Positions 11,611 through 24,541 of a stretch of DNA of 64,000 nt are shown one piece after another. The number at the start of each line of letters is the position of its first letter. Positions within the stretch are counted from its first letter, which is position 1. This DNA is from the human T2T-CHM13v2.0 reference genome, Homo sapiens. The DNA lies in NCBI RefSeq assembly GCF_009914755.1, contig NC_060926.1; one strand, written 5' to 3'. The translations under genes were made by a program, and so were the position numbers. The notes under the pieces were generated by a model, which did not search any database, had not been told where the DNA came from, and saw nothing but the letters and a program-made list of their open reading frames with translations.

Positions 11611-12259
11611 ATGAGGTGAGGGAACGAGGCTTAGAGATGACAAGTAGTGGATGCAATATCACAACTAGGAAAAAACATGTTAGGGCTACAGCTCCTGCCT
11701 CATGTCTTCAAAACGAATGCTTTCTCATGGTGCTTTTCTACCTTTCACTGTGCTGTGGGCACCAATGATCATTTTCAAAGCCCTTTATTTACTCATAATC
11801 CTGACTGTATCTTTTTGTGATGATAGGAAAATCTTGGTCCACTACAGAAGGTTGAACAACAGTGACTTAAACTTCTTGATGGGTAGAACACAGGGGTTTA
11901 GAGCACATTTGAGCTGGGGGACTTCAAATCCTGCCTTCGCAGCTGACTGTGTGACTCTGGAAGATTACTTAACTTCTCTGGGCCTCAATTTCCTAATCTG
12001 TTAAATGGGGATGGTACTGCTCACTTCAGAGTGCTGTTGGTAAGGTGAAATACTACATGTAAATAAAATGCTTTTGATGCTTTTTGGCACAAAGTAGTAG
12101 GAGAGGCTGTTTTTGTTGTTTTGGAAACACAATATAAACCGAGCAGGCTAGATCGGTTTAAAAGTTGAGGTAGGATCTGAAATAGCTTCCTGTATTAAGC
12201 ATGTGAACAGAACTTGCAAGATACTAAATTTCTTGTCCACATTATGCCTACTTACATCA

Positions 12260-12641
<382 letters not shown>

Positions 12642-13607
12642 TCAAATTGAACTTATTTCCAAAGCCAGTAACAGCAAGCATTAAATGACTGCAAGGTGTT
12701 GTGTTATCTGCTCTGGTCCTCCTGAGGTCCTGGGCATGCTCTGAGCATGTATGTAGTTGTACGATACCTGTACTAGTCTCTCCCCTCTGTTGTTATGCTA
12801 TTGCCACCATCCTTCCTCCGTAAACTTCCAGTGGGGAAGATATGTACAGCATGTAAATATAGATCAGCCCATGGATTCTCCTGCTTTACAATGGATAAGA
12901 AGGCTTTTTAGGCTACTAAAAGGCTACTGCATCTGCAGTATGACATTCTTCCTGAAAGGGAGTTGGTCAATTCTGAAGGCCTATCATCAATTCTGCCCTC
13001 TGCCTGTGATGAAAAGCAGATCTGATTATTATTTCATAATTAAAGAAGTAGACAAACACTGCTTATTCCATGCTAGGCACTATGCTACACAGGCAACGTG
13101 TATATTCTCATTCACCCCTCTCACAAGCATTATGGGCTAGATGTCATTACTCCTCTTTCATGATATGAGAAACTGTGACATTGTGATATTATGCCTCTTG
13201 GATAGGGTCTTAGCAAATGTGAATTTTTAAACCAAAGTCTGATTTCAGAGCCCAGTCTCAGTCCACACCACATTGCCCCTTCCAGGAAGCCTGAAGTTTG
13301 TCTTTCCTCTTAGTTCATTTCAGGTGGCCCTGTTCCTTTCACTCAGAAACTTTGAAGCAGGTTCTTACCAAATGCTCTTTACTGTATCAGGAGAACAAAG
13401 ATTGAAGAAGGTATGGGCAGTTTGTGAATCCAGACTCCTGGATTTGTGCTGCTTTGTGCATTCATGATCACACATTCACACAGCCCAATCAACTATCACA
13501 GAGACTGGTGAGTAAAAGCAAAGCGAGACAAATCTTAATGGTTTCTTGTACTTCATTATTAAAAGTTAATAGAAACAGGGCAGCAGCCTCAAAAAGAAAA
13601 AAAAGGA

Positions 13608-13609
<2 letters not shown>

Positions 13610-13642
<33 letters not shown>
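13610..13642 (+). repeat. T33 homopolymer next to an A-rich tract (13591-13604)
   Basis: Seen directly. Confidence 0.9.
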
Positions 13643-13645
<3 letters not shown>

Positions 13646-15924
13646 GTCAGGCAGTGGAACATGGAAAGTAAAGGAACAAAAGTCTGAGGCAGGAGAAAGC
13701 AGCTTCCAGCTCAGGTACAGCTGAGAAACACCTGAGATGTTATTCTAAGCTGAAATGGCTGGTAGCACTGGCTGGTGGTGAACAGATGGCCACGTTAGGT
13801 GGGGCAGTTGCGGGGGTGGTAATTCCCTCTGTATGCTACAGGGACAGGTGACCTGGTGCTGTTCCATAGAACACACCTGCTTACCTCCCCTGGCACCTGA
13901 TACATTGCATACTGGACTTCCTGGGTATCCCATGTGTACTCAGAAACTCTGGGCTTTCTAGATGGCACCTTTGCTGCCGCACCAGAAGGAAAGGAAGTTT
14001 AAAATCAAAGACTCCTGGGTCTGGGGACTCAAAGCACCCAAACCAGTCCTTTAGGCTGACATGGAGGGCACACCTGGGTATGCAGTGATTTCCTCTCCCT
14101 CAAGCCATGTATCAGTAGCCTATTAATGTGAATGTTGCATAAGGATTCTTACTTGTAATAATAATAGGTTCCTATTTTCAAATGTCTTTCTTTGAATTTC
14201 CTAAGAGTTAATAGCCAAAGTGACTAGCTTGTCACATAAGTAAAACATGTTTTTGGCTACTTTGTGTCTCATAGGTTTTATTTACTTGGGTTAGACATCA
14301 GGCCTTTTGTCTGTTTTTATTTTCAATTCAAAAGCAATGTAAAAAAAAAAAAATTGCAGGAACACATGCAAATCCAAACCACTAACCTTAGCTCCAACAG
14401 AGAGAACTCTGTTTTCCAAATGAAGTGCGATGGATTCTCCCCAAATTACCTTTTATTGCCGCTTTGCTGCTCAGCACATAGGGCAATACATCACATACCA
14501 TATGTTAGGTGCTGCCAAGCCCTACTTTGAACACTAAGCCTGTAACCTGCCTATGGTTAAACCAGGCAAATGCCATATCCTAAAATAAAATCCAAGAAAT
14601 AACTACTGCCTTGGGTTTGAAGGGGATATAATAATATTCAGAGGTTGGCCCATTAGATAAAAACTTTTATATATGGATCAGATTTCCAATGCGATTGACA
14701 CAAAATATGTTGATAATAACACATGTATTTTTTCCTTCATCTATGTCCCTGGCTAGGTTTTTAATAGTTTTTGCTATTAACTCCCACCTTGAATTCTAAT
14801 TAATTTTAGATCAGTCATACAGTTTTAGACTTTTAGTCCTGGCTCCTTGATACATATGACTATAAATCAATAAGAAGGAAGACTGTTGAGGAGACAGCAT
14901 GGCTGGAATTAAACTACACATCACAAAGTCAGGACGTAATTGTTCTTTGCAGACCTGCCTCAAGTTCATGGTATATTACCTTGCCCAAGTCATCTGGTCA
15001 ACATGCAAAAATAGGCCAATACTCTCCCTTTCCTTCAGCAATTATTCTTTACCTAAATTTCTCAAACTTTATTGCTACTTATAGGCTAAGCCTTAAACAT
15101 CTCTTCTGTAAAAAAAGGTCATTCTCACAGTCTTGCAGGATGGATGCAGGGATAATGTATTATCTGGAGCAAGGGTTTCGCCCCAGATGGTTCATCTTAT
15201 TCTTGGCTCTTAGTGTTCTTTGGGGACCAGCTGTTCAGCTCTCCAATGCTTCATGCCCAGGAACTGACACTGGCAGTGGTTTTAATTGGAGTCCATCCTG
15301 GCTATGAAGGTCTGCTTGCTTCTCCCAGCAACCAGACCTTGACGTATTCGTTCACTGACAATGAAAGAGGCAGCCAAGGTGTACAGATCTTCATGGTGTA
15401 GTAGTGGAAGAAGCCTCATCAAAGAGACTCTCGGCTCTTCCAACTGTCTGTATGCTCTCGGCAAGTCACTTCACTTTTTTAGATTGCAGTTTCCTCATTT
15501 AATTAGAGTATCTCTAAGACTCTTTCTAACTTTACTGTTTGGGTGGTGCACAGAATACATTAAAATACTAAATTTATATGCAATGTTTGATTTTGCTGGT
15601 TTTTTTGATAGGAGTTTGTACATAACCACTCTTCACAATAATTAACTGATGATTATAACTATTTTATCATTGTGAAGAAGAAATGACTTAAATATTTGAA
15701 AATCCTAGGAAAATCTCAAGACCTGAAGATACTACCTTTGATCAAACTGTGACAATATTTATGGAATTAAACTACATGGCACAGTCATTTACCTTTTAAA
15801 ATTAGGTAAGAAATGTTGGCAAAATTATCAACTTCAAATCACTCTGACTGGCCATTCATTGATACGAGTGAAGCCAAGGTGGCAGACAGATGACCATGTT
15901 TCAAAGGCTGTGTCTAGTGTTAAT

Positions 15925-16283
15925 AGTGTTAGAAGTACCTGGAGAGCTTTGCTTAAAAAATGTAGGTTTGGGGCTTCACCCCCAAGCTTGTCCAGCCTGC
16001 CTTATTTTGTTGTTGTTGTTCTGTTTTATTTTGTTTTAGGCTTTTGACAGCCTGAAGCCATGGTTTTTAGTTTCTGTCTCTAGTGATAAGCAGACAGGAG
16101 GGATGTCGAAGGGGCTTTACTGGCCCAGACAGAAACAGAAACTAAGAAGCCATGACTGTATTCTCTCTCTTGGGCATCCCTGCTAGATCCACTTAATCAG
16201 ACTCTCTGAGGACGGGATACAGAAATACACCTTTTAACAAGCGGCCTAGGTTGTTCTTATTTATACCATGGCTTGAGAACCAC
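15925..16283 (+). mobile_element. MER5A-like hAT-Charlie relic, interrupted by another MITE
   Basis: tagaagtacctggagagctttg...ggggcttcaccc // ctagatccacttaatcagactctctg...ttttaacaagc...ttgagaaccac follows the MER5A layout. Confidence 0.6.
15983..16182 (-). mobile_element. hAT-Charlie MITE with MER30-type ends (probably MER107), full length ~200 bp
   Basis: Termini CAAGCTTGTCCA... and ...TGGGCATCCCTG. The internal sequence is recognised from memory of the consensus. Confidence 0.6.
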
Positions 16284-17196
16284 AGTTGTAAGACATGGGA
16301 AGGGGAGATACTACTCCAAGTGCCCACAGTTTTGGGGGCCTTCCTGCGAGTAATAGATGTTTGAGTTTCAGGGAAGCAGCTAATCGGAAAGAAGTAAGAA
16401 GCTGGTTTCTCTTAGAAACATGGATGCCCTTAGCTATAGTGGTTATTTTGCTGATAAAATGTGGGTAGGCGTCACGGAGATGCTGGGGGCTGCTTAATTG
16501 TAGCTTCTTCCACTCACAATATGGTTATTCTCCTATTTTTTTAAACCCTATTCCAGCTACCCTAAAAGGCCAAATGAGGGGGAATTACCTAAATTGATTG
16601 AATTGTGCTGCTCTGTTTGCCAGGTTGGAAGCTTACCTACTTCATAGGGTTTTGAAGGAAATGAGTTAACATGAATAGAATAGGGCCTGGCACTTAATGG
16701 GTGTTCAGTATTATTAGCTATTTTTATAATACAACAGAGCCAGATCCCCAGAGAATCCATACATGGTAGGGAATTCTGACTATTGCCAATGATTCTATAC
16801 TTTTAAGGAGTTATAACACCCTTTAAAAATTATTAATTTGACAATCCTTTGCATTTAAAAGTGTGATAGAGCTTAAAATTCTTAATTATTTTACTTTGAA
16901 AATTTCATACAACCAAAGTCATTAAAAGACATTAGAGCTCTTTTGGTTTAGAGCCCAAATCTTACTAATGGCTGTAAGGTAGATATCTTTACTTAAACAG
17001 TGTATATATTCCTCTCTTTTTTCTTTTTTGCCTTCTATACCCTCATCTGTCTTGCTCTTTTAGAATTAAAAGAGAAATAGTGTTTACTTATGTACTTGTT
17101 CTTCTGCTGTCACTGAAGACCTTAAACAAGCATTTGTCTTTGGTTGCGATATTTATTTACCCAAGTAAATAGAAAACCTCTCTTTCTCTCTCACAA

Positions 17197-17260
17197 GTGC
17201 ATGCGCGTGCGCGCGCACACACACACACACACGTGCGCGCGCGCGCACACACACACACAC
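17197..17260. repeat. Compound (GC)n/(AC)n alternating purine-pyrimidine tract, 64 nt
   Basis: gtgcatgcgcgtgcgcgcgc(ac)n gtgcgcgcgcgcgc(ac)n with uninterrupted RY alternation. Confidence 0.95.
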
Positions 17261-20200
17261 TTCACTGGTCCATGTGAAAAGAATCATCATTTGGCTTCCA
17301 AGTGAAGTTCAAGAGGTAACAGAATTGCTGATGTTTGACTGATTAATAACCAGGTAGATGAGGAGTTGAAAAAAGGAAACACACTGAAAATTTCTGCCCA
17401 TAAAAGTTGTCCCTGAAGAGGGTAAAGAAGAAATGGAGACAGTGACATGACCTACTTTTAGAAGAGAAGGAAGCAGCGATAAGTAAAAAGTTCAAGAGGA
17501 CCTATATTGGCAGGATCAGGGCACCTGCTTCTAGTCACTTTTGTCCCCAGCTACAAATGAGAGTCAGCAGGACAACTTTTGAAAACATGAACTTGCTAGC
17601 CCCACCTTGAGTTTCTGCTTAATTGGCCTGAGATGTGGCTGGAGCATTGGTATTTATCAAAGCTTCCCCAAGCAGATTGAGCTCCACTAACTGACCACTC
17701 ACAGCCCTGGTTTCTTTGTCCCTGTAAGGAGGACAATGATGCCTCCCTTAGATTAACTGAGGTAATGATGTATGGAATGAGTGACACATAGATTTGTTTT
17801 TAGAGTAACCATTTTTGTTATTGAAAAATTAACTATTTTTCATTTTTGCATGTTAACTTGAATGTTTGCACTTTATGGAGGTGCCCCGGGCTTAGTTTTC
17901 CTACTTTGTATCTGATATCCTGCTGTATTTTAAGTTCAAAGAAAGAAATTTATTCTAATTAAAGGAGAGAAAAAAATGGAGGTTTATTTTTCAGGGAACA
18001 CAAAACAGTGAAGTGAAAGGATACAAACCAGCAGCGCAGCACTATTTGATCTGCTTTCCAAACTGTAATTGGAGTCATGTTCTCAAAAGGAAATGATAAG
18101 ACTCCACTACACACACCTAGAATAGGATTATTTTTCATTGTGATGTTCACAGGTGTCCAAGAGAGAATCCAAGGGGTGCTGACAAGGTCTAGATAACTGA
18201 TACATTTGACAACGGACAGAGTGTCCAAGGAAAATATCAAGAAGCTTCATCATGTTCAACTCCGACTGTGACTACACAATGGTAAAGCAGCTGATCGTTT
18301 GAAAGAAAATAAATACAATTATTCCATATAGAAACATCAGGCTGACTCCTTTAGCAAACATGGATAAGAAACAGATTAAGAAGGAGCTATTTTCATGAAA
18401 GACTCCTTATTCTTTAATACCATTAATGGAGATAATTCTCTGATAAGGAAAATTACACTCTGCCACTCACATACACACACTCACTTCACTGGTTCATGTA
18501 AAAAGAATCCTCATTTGGCTTCCAAATGATGAACAATTTTTTTTTGATTCCTTAAATTCTTGGCTTCTCCTGGCATTACATTTGGGCTGTCTTTATAGTA
18601 CTTTAAAATGGGCTGGAATGAACTTGCTTTTAAAATAGCATCAAGTTTTTGATATTTTCAGTTTTAAGCCATGATTCTGTTACTTTCATAATAACTCTTA
18701 TTTTAATAATGCGAAGTCCGTGAGGGCAAAAAGAATCATAAGATTTAGTTAAGCAACATTTGGCTAATTTTGAAAAGGAAAAAAGCAAGGGCAAATTTGA
18801 AGCTAAAAACAAATAGCTGAATTAATTGTCATTTTCCCAAGCCAGATGGTTTGTTATTATATAGATATAACTGAAACTAACTTCCTGCTTAAACACAATC
18901 TAGGGCTGCCCTGCACAGATCGGTGTCCTCTGACTCGCTTCTCCTCCCTTCCCAATAATCTCCCTCTTTCAGTTAATCCTCTTTGCATTTGAAGCCTAGT
19001 TCTTTCTTCTATGCTTTGTTCTATTTCTGGAACATCCATCTCCTATCCAAATCTCCTCAAATTCTCTTCTCTCCTATTTTAGAGATAGTAAAGACATAGG
19101 TTCGCCTGTCTTGCTAGAGCTAGCTGAGAAGGATCAGATAGAGAAACTGTACTCTAACTTGAAGAGAAATAAAAAGAAAACAGAAACCTTCATTCTCACC
19201 TGCAGGTAGCCTTAATGGGTTATAAGGAAACTTCGTTGTCAGCTGGATTATACTGGTGTGATTCTAAGTGTATGGATCTAGACAATACACCGAAGATGCC
19301 CAAAATGTGCCTTTCCCCAATGGATATCTACCTAGTTAGTTACTCACTCCAGAGACACTTTTTTGAAGGGGCTGCTTTGTGTATTATCAGTTCACAAAAA
19401 TATGAACACTATTAAAAGTAGGCCACTGCATGCAACCTCAATCCAGCACAGGAGGCAGCAGGTGACACTTGAGGACACGTGAGACTTGAATGGGTTCTGA
19501 AAGTTTCCAATAATTCACCTATTTTGCCTTCCACCTTGCTGTGATTTGGTGTAAAATTTCCTCCATTAACTCATTCCTACAGATTAGTCATAGGATACAA
19601 AAAAGCATATGTGCCTATCAAAAGCCTGAAAAGTCTACTAACTATTTGGCCCAGCATTTCTCTACTTCTGAGGCTCTAGAGGCAATTTTACAAACACACA
19701 AATTTATATCAGGGATTGGAGCAGAGTTTCTATGTTAGAGAAAAATTAGAAACAATTGTCTATCATTTTAGAAAAAATAAATTGCAACTTCATATAACAT
19801 GATACTGTGCAACTGTTAAAGTACACTAAGAAAAACATTCATGACACACTGCTTTGTGAGAAAGCAGGTTATGTAACTATGCCTACTATTAGTCCATAAA
19901 AAAGTATGGGTAAATATTTGCTATATATCTGTATACACATTTTTTGTGCAATTTACTTAAATGTCCCAGGATTTCACAATTTTAAAGGTGCAAATGGCTG
20001 AATGTAGATGGTGGTGAGATGGCAGGATTTCTTTTTGTTGCTTGCTTATTAACATTTTCTATTTACAAAGAGCATGTATTGTTTATTGCTTGTGCTACTA
20101 AAAACTAATAAATATAGGTTAAAAATAGACATTTAAATAGAGTCTCTCTGGGGAGGAGTGAACGGCTGAATTTCAGCTTTTTCCTGGTCCTTTTGGTTAA

Positions 20201-23200
20201 TTCAGCATTCATAATTATGTTAGACAAATCCTTGGATGAAAAGCCTCCTATATACTACACACAGAGCAGGTGCATCTCGAAGGGTGTAGCGGGGAGGAGG
20301 AAGGAGTGGAATAGAAGAAGAGGAGATAGCCTTGACATCAGGATCTGGCTTGGGATCCAGTGTCCCGAGGGTGCCTAGGACAGTCCACAATATGGAACAA
20401 GAATCGTAAAAAGCAACTTCACCCACTATGAAAGTTTGCCCAGGACCAGCTGTGAAGGGAAGATGTGTTTGTGTCTTCATTTTCCCCCACCTACTCGTGT
20501 TAAGCATTGAAGAACTGCAGAGCAGCACCAAAATCTTCTCTCTTAATTTTATATTTTGTGCTACAAATACCTTCTATTTTATTTACTAACAGTATGTTTT
20601 AGTGACTTCAACCCACAAAATTGCTTTGCATATTCACTTAACCTGACAAATACTTTTTACAGGCTTGTTAAGAGATTCATGTCCTTGAGATGTTTGGGAA
20701 GGGATTGTAATGCCCATCTTTCTTGGGCTCTTACTAGATACGTAACTTATAATGAAAAAAAGAAAAGAAAAGAAAAAAAGGCATAGAGCTCTACCTAAGC
20801 TGCTAAGAATATGCCATGAGCCTGATCTCTCAAAATGTTCTCCTTTTTCTCTCTCCCAGGGACGTAGGACAGTTTCTTGTGGATACTTAACAAACAGCTT
20901 TTGTTAAATATCTCTTATTTTTATAGATTCTTGTAATTTTCAGAGCACGTCCATGAATGTTATACTATCTGCTGTGCCTGACAATTCTGAGGAGGAAGAT
21001 GGGTGGGAGCAGTTACCCTTAGTTTCATTTTGTCAGGGTGAGGAAACGGAAGCTCCTTAGGGGTCAGATGAATGTGAGGGCACGAGGTGGGATTAGAATC
21101 CACATCCTGTAATTTCTGGTGTTCAGGTCCTCATGCTGCCAGTCCATTTCCAGGATCCTTCATCAGTTTGCCAGATAACAACTCCATGCTCTGAACATGA
21201 TAACACATCTACGCTGACTAACTCTCAGGGCTGCTGTGGGTATCAAAGAGATGAATTATAAAAACATACTTTTAAAATGATGAAGCTATATAAATGTAGT
21301 TACTATGAAAGCATTTTTTATGTGTGTGTGTTAAATGCAAGGGGTCTATCTTCCTGAAACCATCATTAACCACTGGGATCTTACTGTGATCATTTGTTGG
21401 ATATTCCAAAGTCCTAACTAATCCAGAATATTTAGAATGGAGGGTCTGTGGGAGAAGAATCCAGGGCAGTGGGATACCATCTGCTGAGAACAGAGGTGGT
21501 AGGGGAGCTCATATGAGAGTATCAAGTGCTGGAGTGAGAAGGAAAAATAATTCAAAGCCATTATTTGAAGTGGAAAGAAAATAACTTTTCAGTTTCTGAG
21601 ACTAGACCTGCCTGAGTAAATCTAGGGGTGGGGTGGGGGAGGACACAGATTAGAGGTTTGAAGTGTGATTTGTTAGAGATTAGTAGTGTACAAAGTCAAA
21701 GTTTCCTATTAAAATACCCCCTCCCCCACATAAACACTCTCCATTCTATGGCTCCATGATCTCGTTTAATTTTCTTCTCAGCAGTGTTCATCCTCTGTGC
21801 TACCTGAAAGTTTATCATCTGTTTATAAGTACCAGTGTTACTCCACGGGAGTAGACATATCATCTGTCTTGTTTATCCCCCACCTCCGCCATGCCCAACA
21901 CTGGCCAGTACATAGTGGGGGCTCCTTAAGTATCTGAGAATGAACGAAAAGAAATGCAGAATGGCTTGAAAGCCTATGCTTTGCCACTGGGTCATATTGC
22001 TTCCTTTGTTTTAATTTTTTAAATGGTATTTATCTCTTTTTTAATGACTTTATGAATGGTGTGGAGGAAAAACCACTTGAAAATTTGAGGATCAAGAATG
22101 CCACATTGCTTCAGAGACTCAGTTTGGGCTTCCTAGTTAGCTATTGGCATTGTCAAAATACAGTGTTTCATTGTGAATATTTCTTGTCATTAGTATTCCA
22201 CTGTAGACTCAGTTCAGTTATAGAAGCTATAGATGAGAGAGCTTAATCTTTACTCTCAGGATAAGAATACTTGACATAGCAGAAAGTTATTGTCAGGTTC
22301 TTCTATGTGGTTTACCCCATTTCTCCCCAAAGCACAGACTAAAGGGCAGGAAGCACGTCCAACCACTTCCAGCGCAGCCTCAAACCAAGTGCTGGTTCCC
22401 CTTGAGCAACCAGAACTGCAGTCTTCTAATGTGATAAGTGGGTTAGTTTTGGGGTTCTGATTTGCCATATTTCACCCATCTGAAGGCTCATCATACACAG
22501 AATCCTTCACAGAAGGACATTTTCATGATCACTTGGCATAGTTGTGGTTACCTGTTTTTTTGCGACTATAACTCAGGAATCACAGGCTATGATTAATCCT
22601 CTGGTGGGCCTATCTGTGGACCCCAATGGGGGTCATTTTAGTCTGGAGCTACAGCAAGCCTTTCTTGTTATCTTGACCCAGGATTTTTTACAATGATGAC
22701 CTAATAATAGCTTATAATTTATGGAGGACTATGCCAAAAAGTCCCCTGGGCTCCAGAGAGGCAGGATGGGGTGGGGAGCAATCGAGGGAGAGAAAACAAA
22801 TACAACACATAATTTCTTGAATGTAACTAATACAACCAAAATAAGCTGTTTTCTCCTTGAGTACAAAATACAGGATTTATAGATGCTGAGCTGAACAAAG
22901 GTTATAAAATACGGGCACTAACGGAGTTAGTGTTTTTAGATCATGTGCTAGAAAAGATGGGTGAACAATGCAAAGCATCTGATGGATTGAAATCCTTTTC
23001 TGGAATGAATCAGAGTATAAACAAGTAATACACAGCTTATGTTTCATTCCTGAGAAAAGGCAGGATGTGAGGTCTGTGTGCCGAGGAGCAGTGATGGGAT
23101 TCCAGCTGGCGCTGTGCATAAATGCCAAGCACCATGATTTCATATCTATAATATGCACTACCCCAAACAGATATTAAAATTTTTTATGGCCACATGTAAG

Positions 23201-23929
23201 CTTTGCCTTTTAAATTGAGTTAGCATTTTATTTGTTCTCTTTTCTAAAAATACCAGTGGGCTTAAATTCATTTGTTTCTCATGCAGGGACCAGACATGGC
23301 AATGAAGTTTTGCTTTCTTATAGCCCCTATTTTCTTCTCTTGCATTTAGCAACAATGTGTCATTCTTTGTGCAGGGAGATCATGCACAGAGCCTCTTACC
23401 AATAGGCCTTGGTCTCTGTACTCTCTTCCTAATGGTTGTAATGGATTTGAATTGATTTAGGAGCCAGCAGTCAGCACCTACAGTATGACGTGCTGGGGCC
23501 ATGAATGAGAGTAAGAAGCTCCATTTGTGAGAGTTGCCTCCTTAGCACTGTGTTGTGATCAACTGACTGAACTGGTCACCGACATTTGGCATTTGTCTAT
23601 CATTAAACATCAGGTACTGCCCTAAGAGTCACAGTGCTAATTCTAAGCGCCATTGTGTGATCCCCACCCCCAGCAATTTGCAGTGTATGAACCAAGATTA
23701 CTGTTGGGGGCAGGGTAGTGGAATTGTTTTAAAAAGGTGGACAAATCCATATATACACAAAACAATGAAGAACAAAAAATATCTCATGTAATTTACAAAT
23801 ATATAGAGAGAGATTCTGTGATGAATAAAACAAAATAATTTCAAAATCTTACAGAATCCATGGTAAATTCTGACACTATCATGTAGAGAATCCATGACAT
23901 TTTTATATTAGAATTAGTCCTTGTGAAAA

Positions 23930-24172
23930 ATAGAGAAAAGTCAAACCTATTGAGTCAGAAAGTACATCAGTGGTTGCCTGGGGCAGAGGGTGGAGATGAG
24001 GATTATCTGTAAATGGCCGTGAGGCATCTTACTGGGGTGATGAAATGTTCTAAAACTGGATTAGGGTAATGGTAGCAAGACTCAGTGAATTTACTAAAAA
24101 TCATGAAATTGTATGTACTACAAATGGATGCATTTTATGGTATGTAAGTGATACCACCATAAAGCTGTTAAA
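23930..24172 (+). mobile_element. Old L1M 3'-end fragment
   Basis: ...atcagtggttgcctggggc...ggggtgatgaaatgttctaaaactggatt...tttatggtatgtaagtgatacc...ataaagctgttaaaa. Confidence 0.75.
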
Positions 24173-24241
24173 AGATGCAGACTGAGACAGCATTAAAATA
24201 AAAACAACCCACCAGAAAACAGTGGTCCTTGAGATGTTTCA

Positions 24242-24541
24242 TTTTTTTTTTTTTTTGAGACAGTGTCACACTCTGTCACTGAGGCTGAGTGTGATGGCAT
24301 GATCATGGCTCACTGCAGCCTTGGCCTCCTGGGCTCAAGTGATCCTCCCATCTCAGCCTCCTGAGTAGCTGGGACAACAGGTGCATACCACCATGCCCAG
24401 CTAATTTAAAACTTTTTTTTTTGTAGACACAGGGTCTCTCTATGTTGCCCAGGCTCATCTCGAACTCCTGGACTAAAGCGATCCTCCTGCCTTGGCCTCC
24501 CAAAGTGTGGGGATTACAGACGTGAGCCAGCACACCTGGCC
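24242..24541 (-). mobile_element. AluJ
   Basis: Reverse Alu with J-type gatcatggctcactgcagcc...ctgggctcaagtgatcctccc. Confidence 0.92.

Noticed and set aside
13591-13642. A-tract/T33 as a solo poly(A) retro-insertion or alternative 3' end (also T28 at 26865)
   Set aside because: No TSD seen. These are A-runs in the pre-mRNA and would mostly cause oligo-dT internal-priming artefacts.
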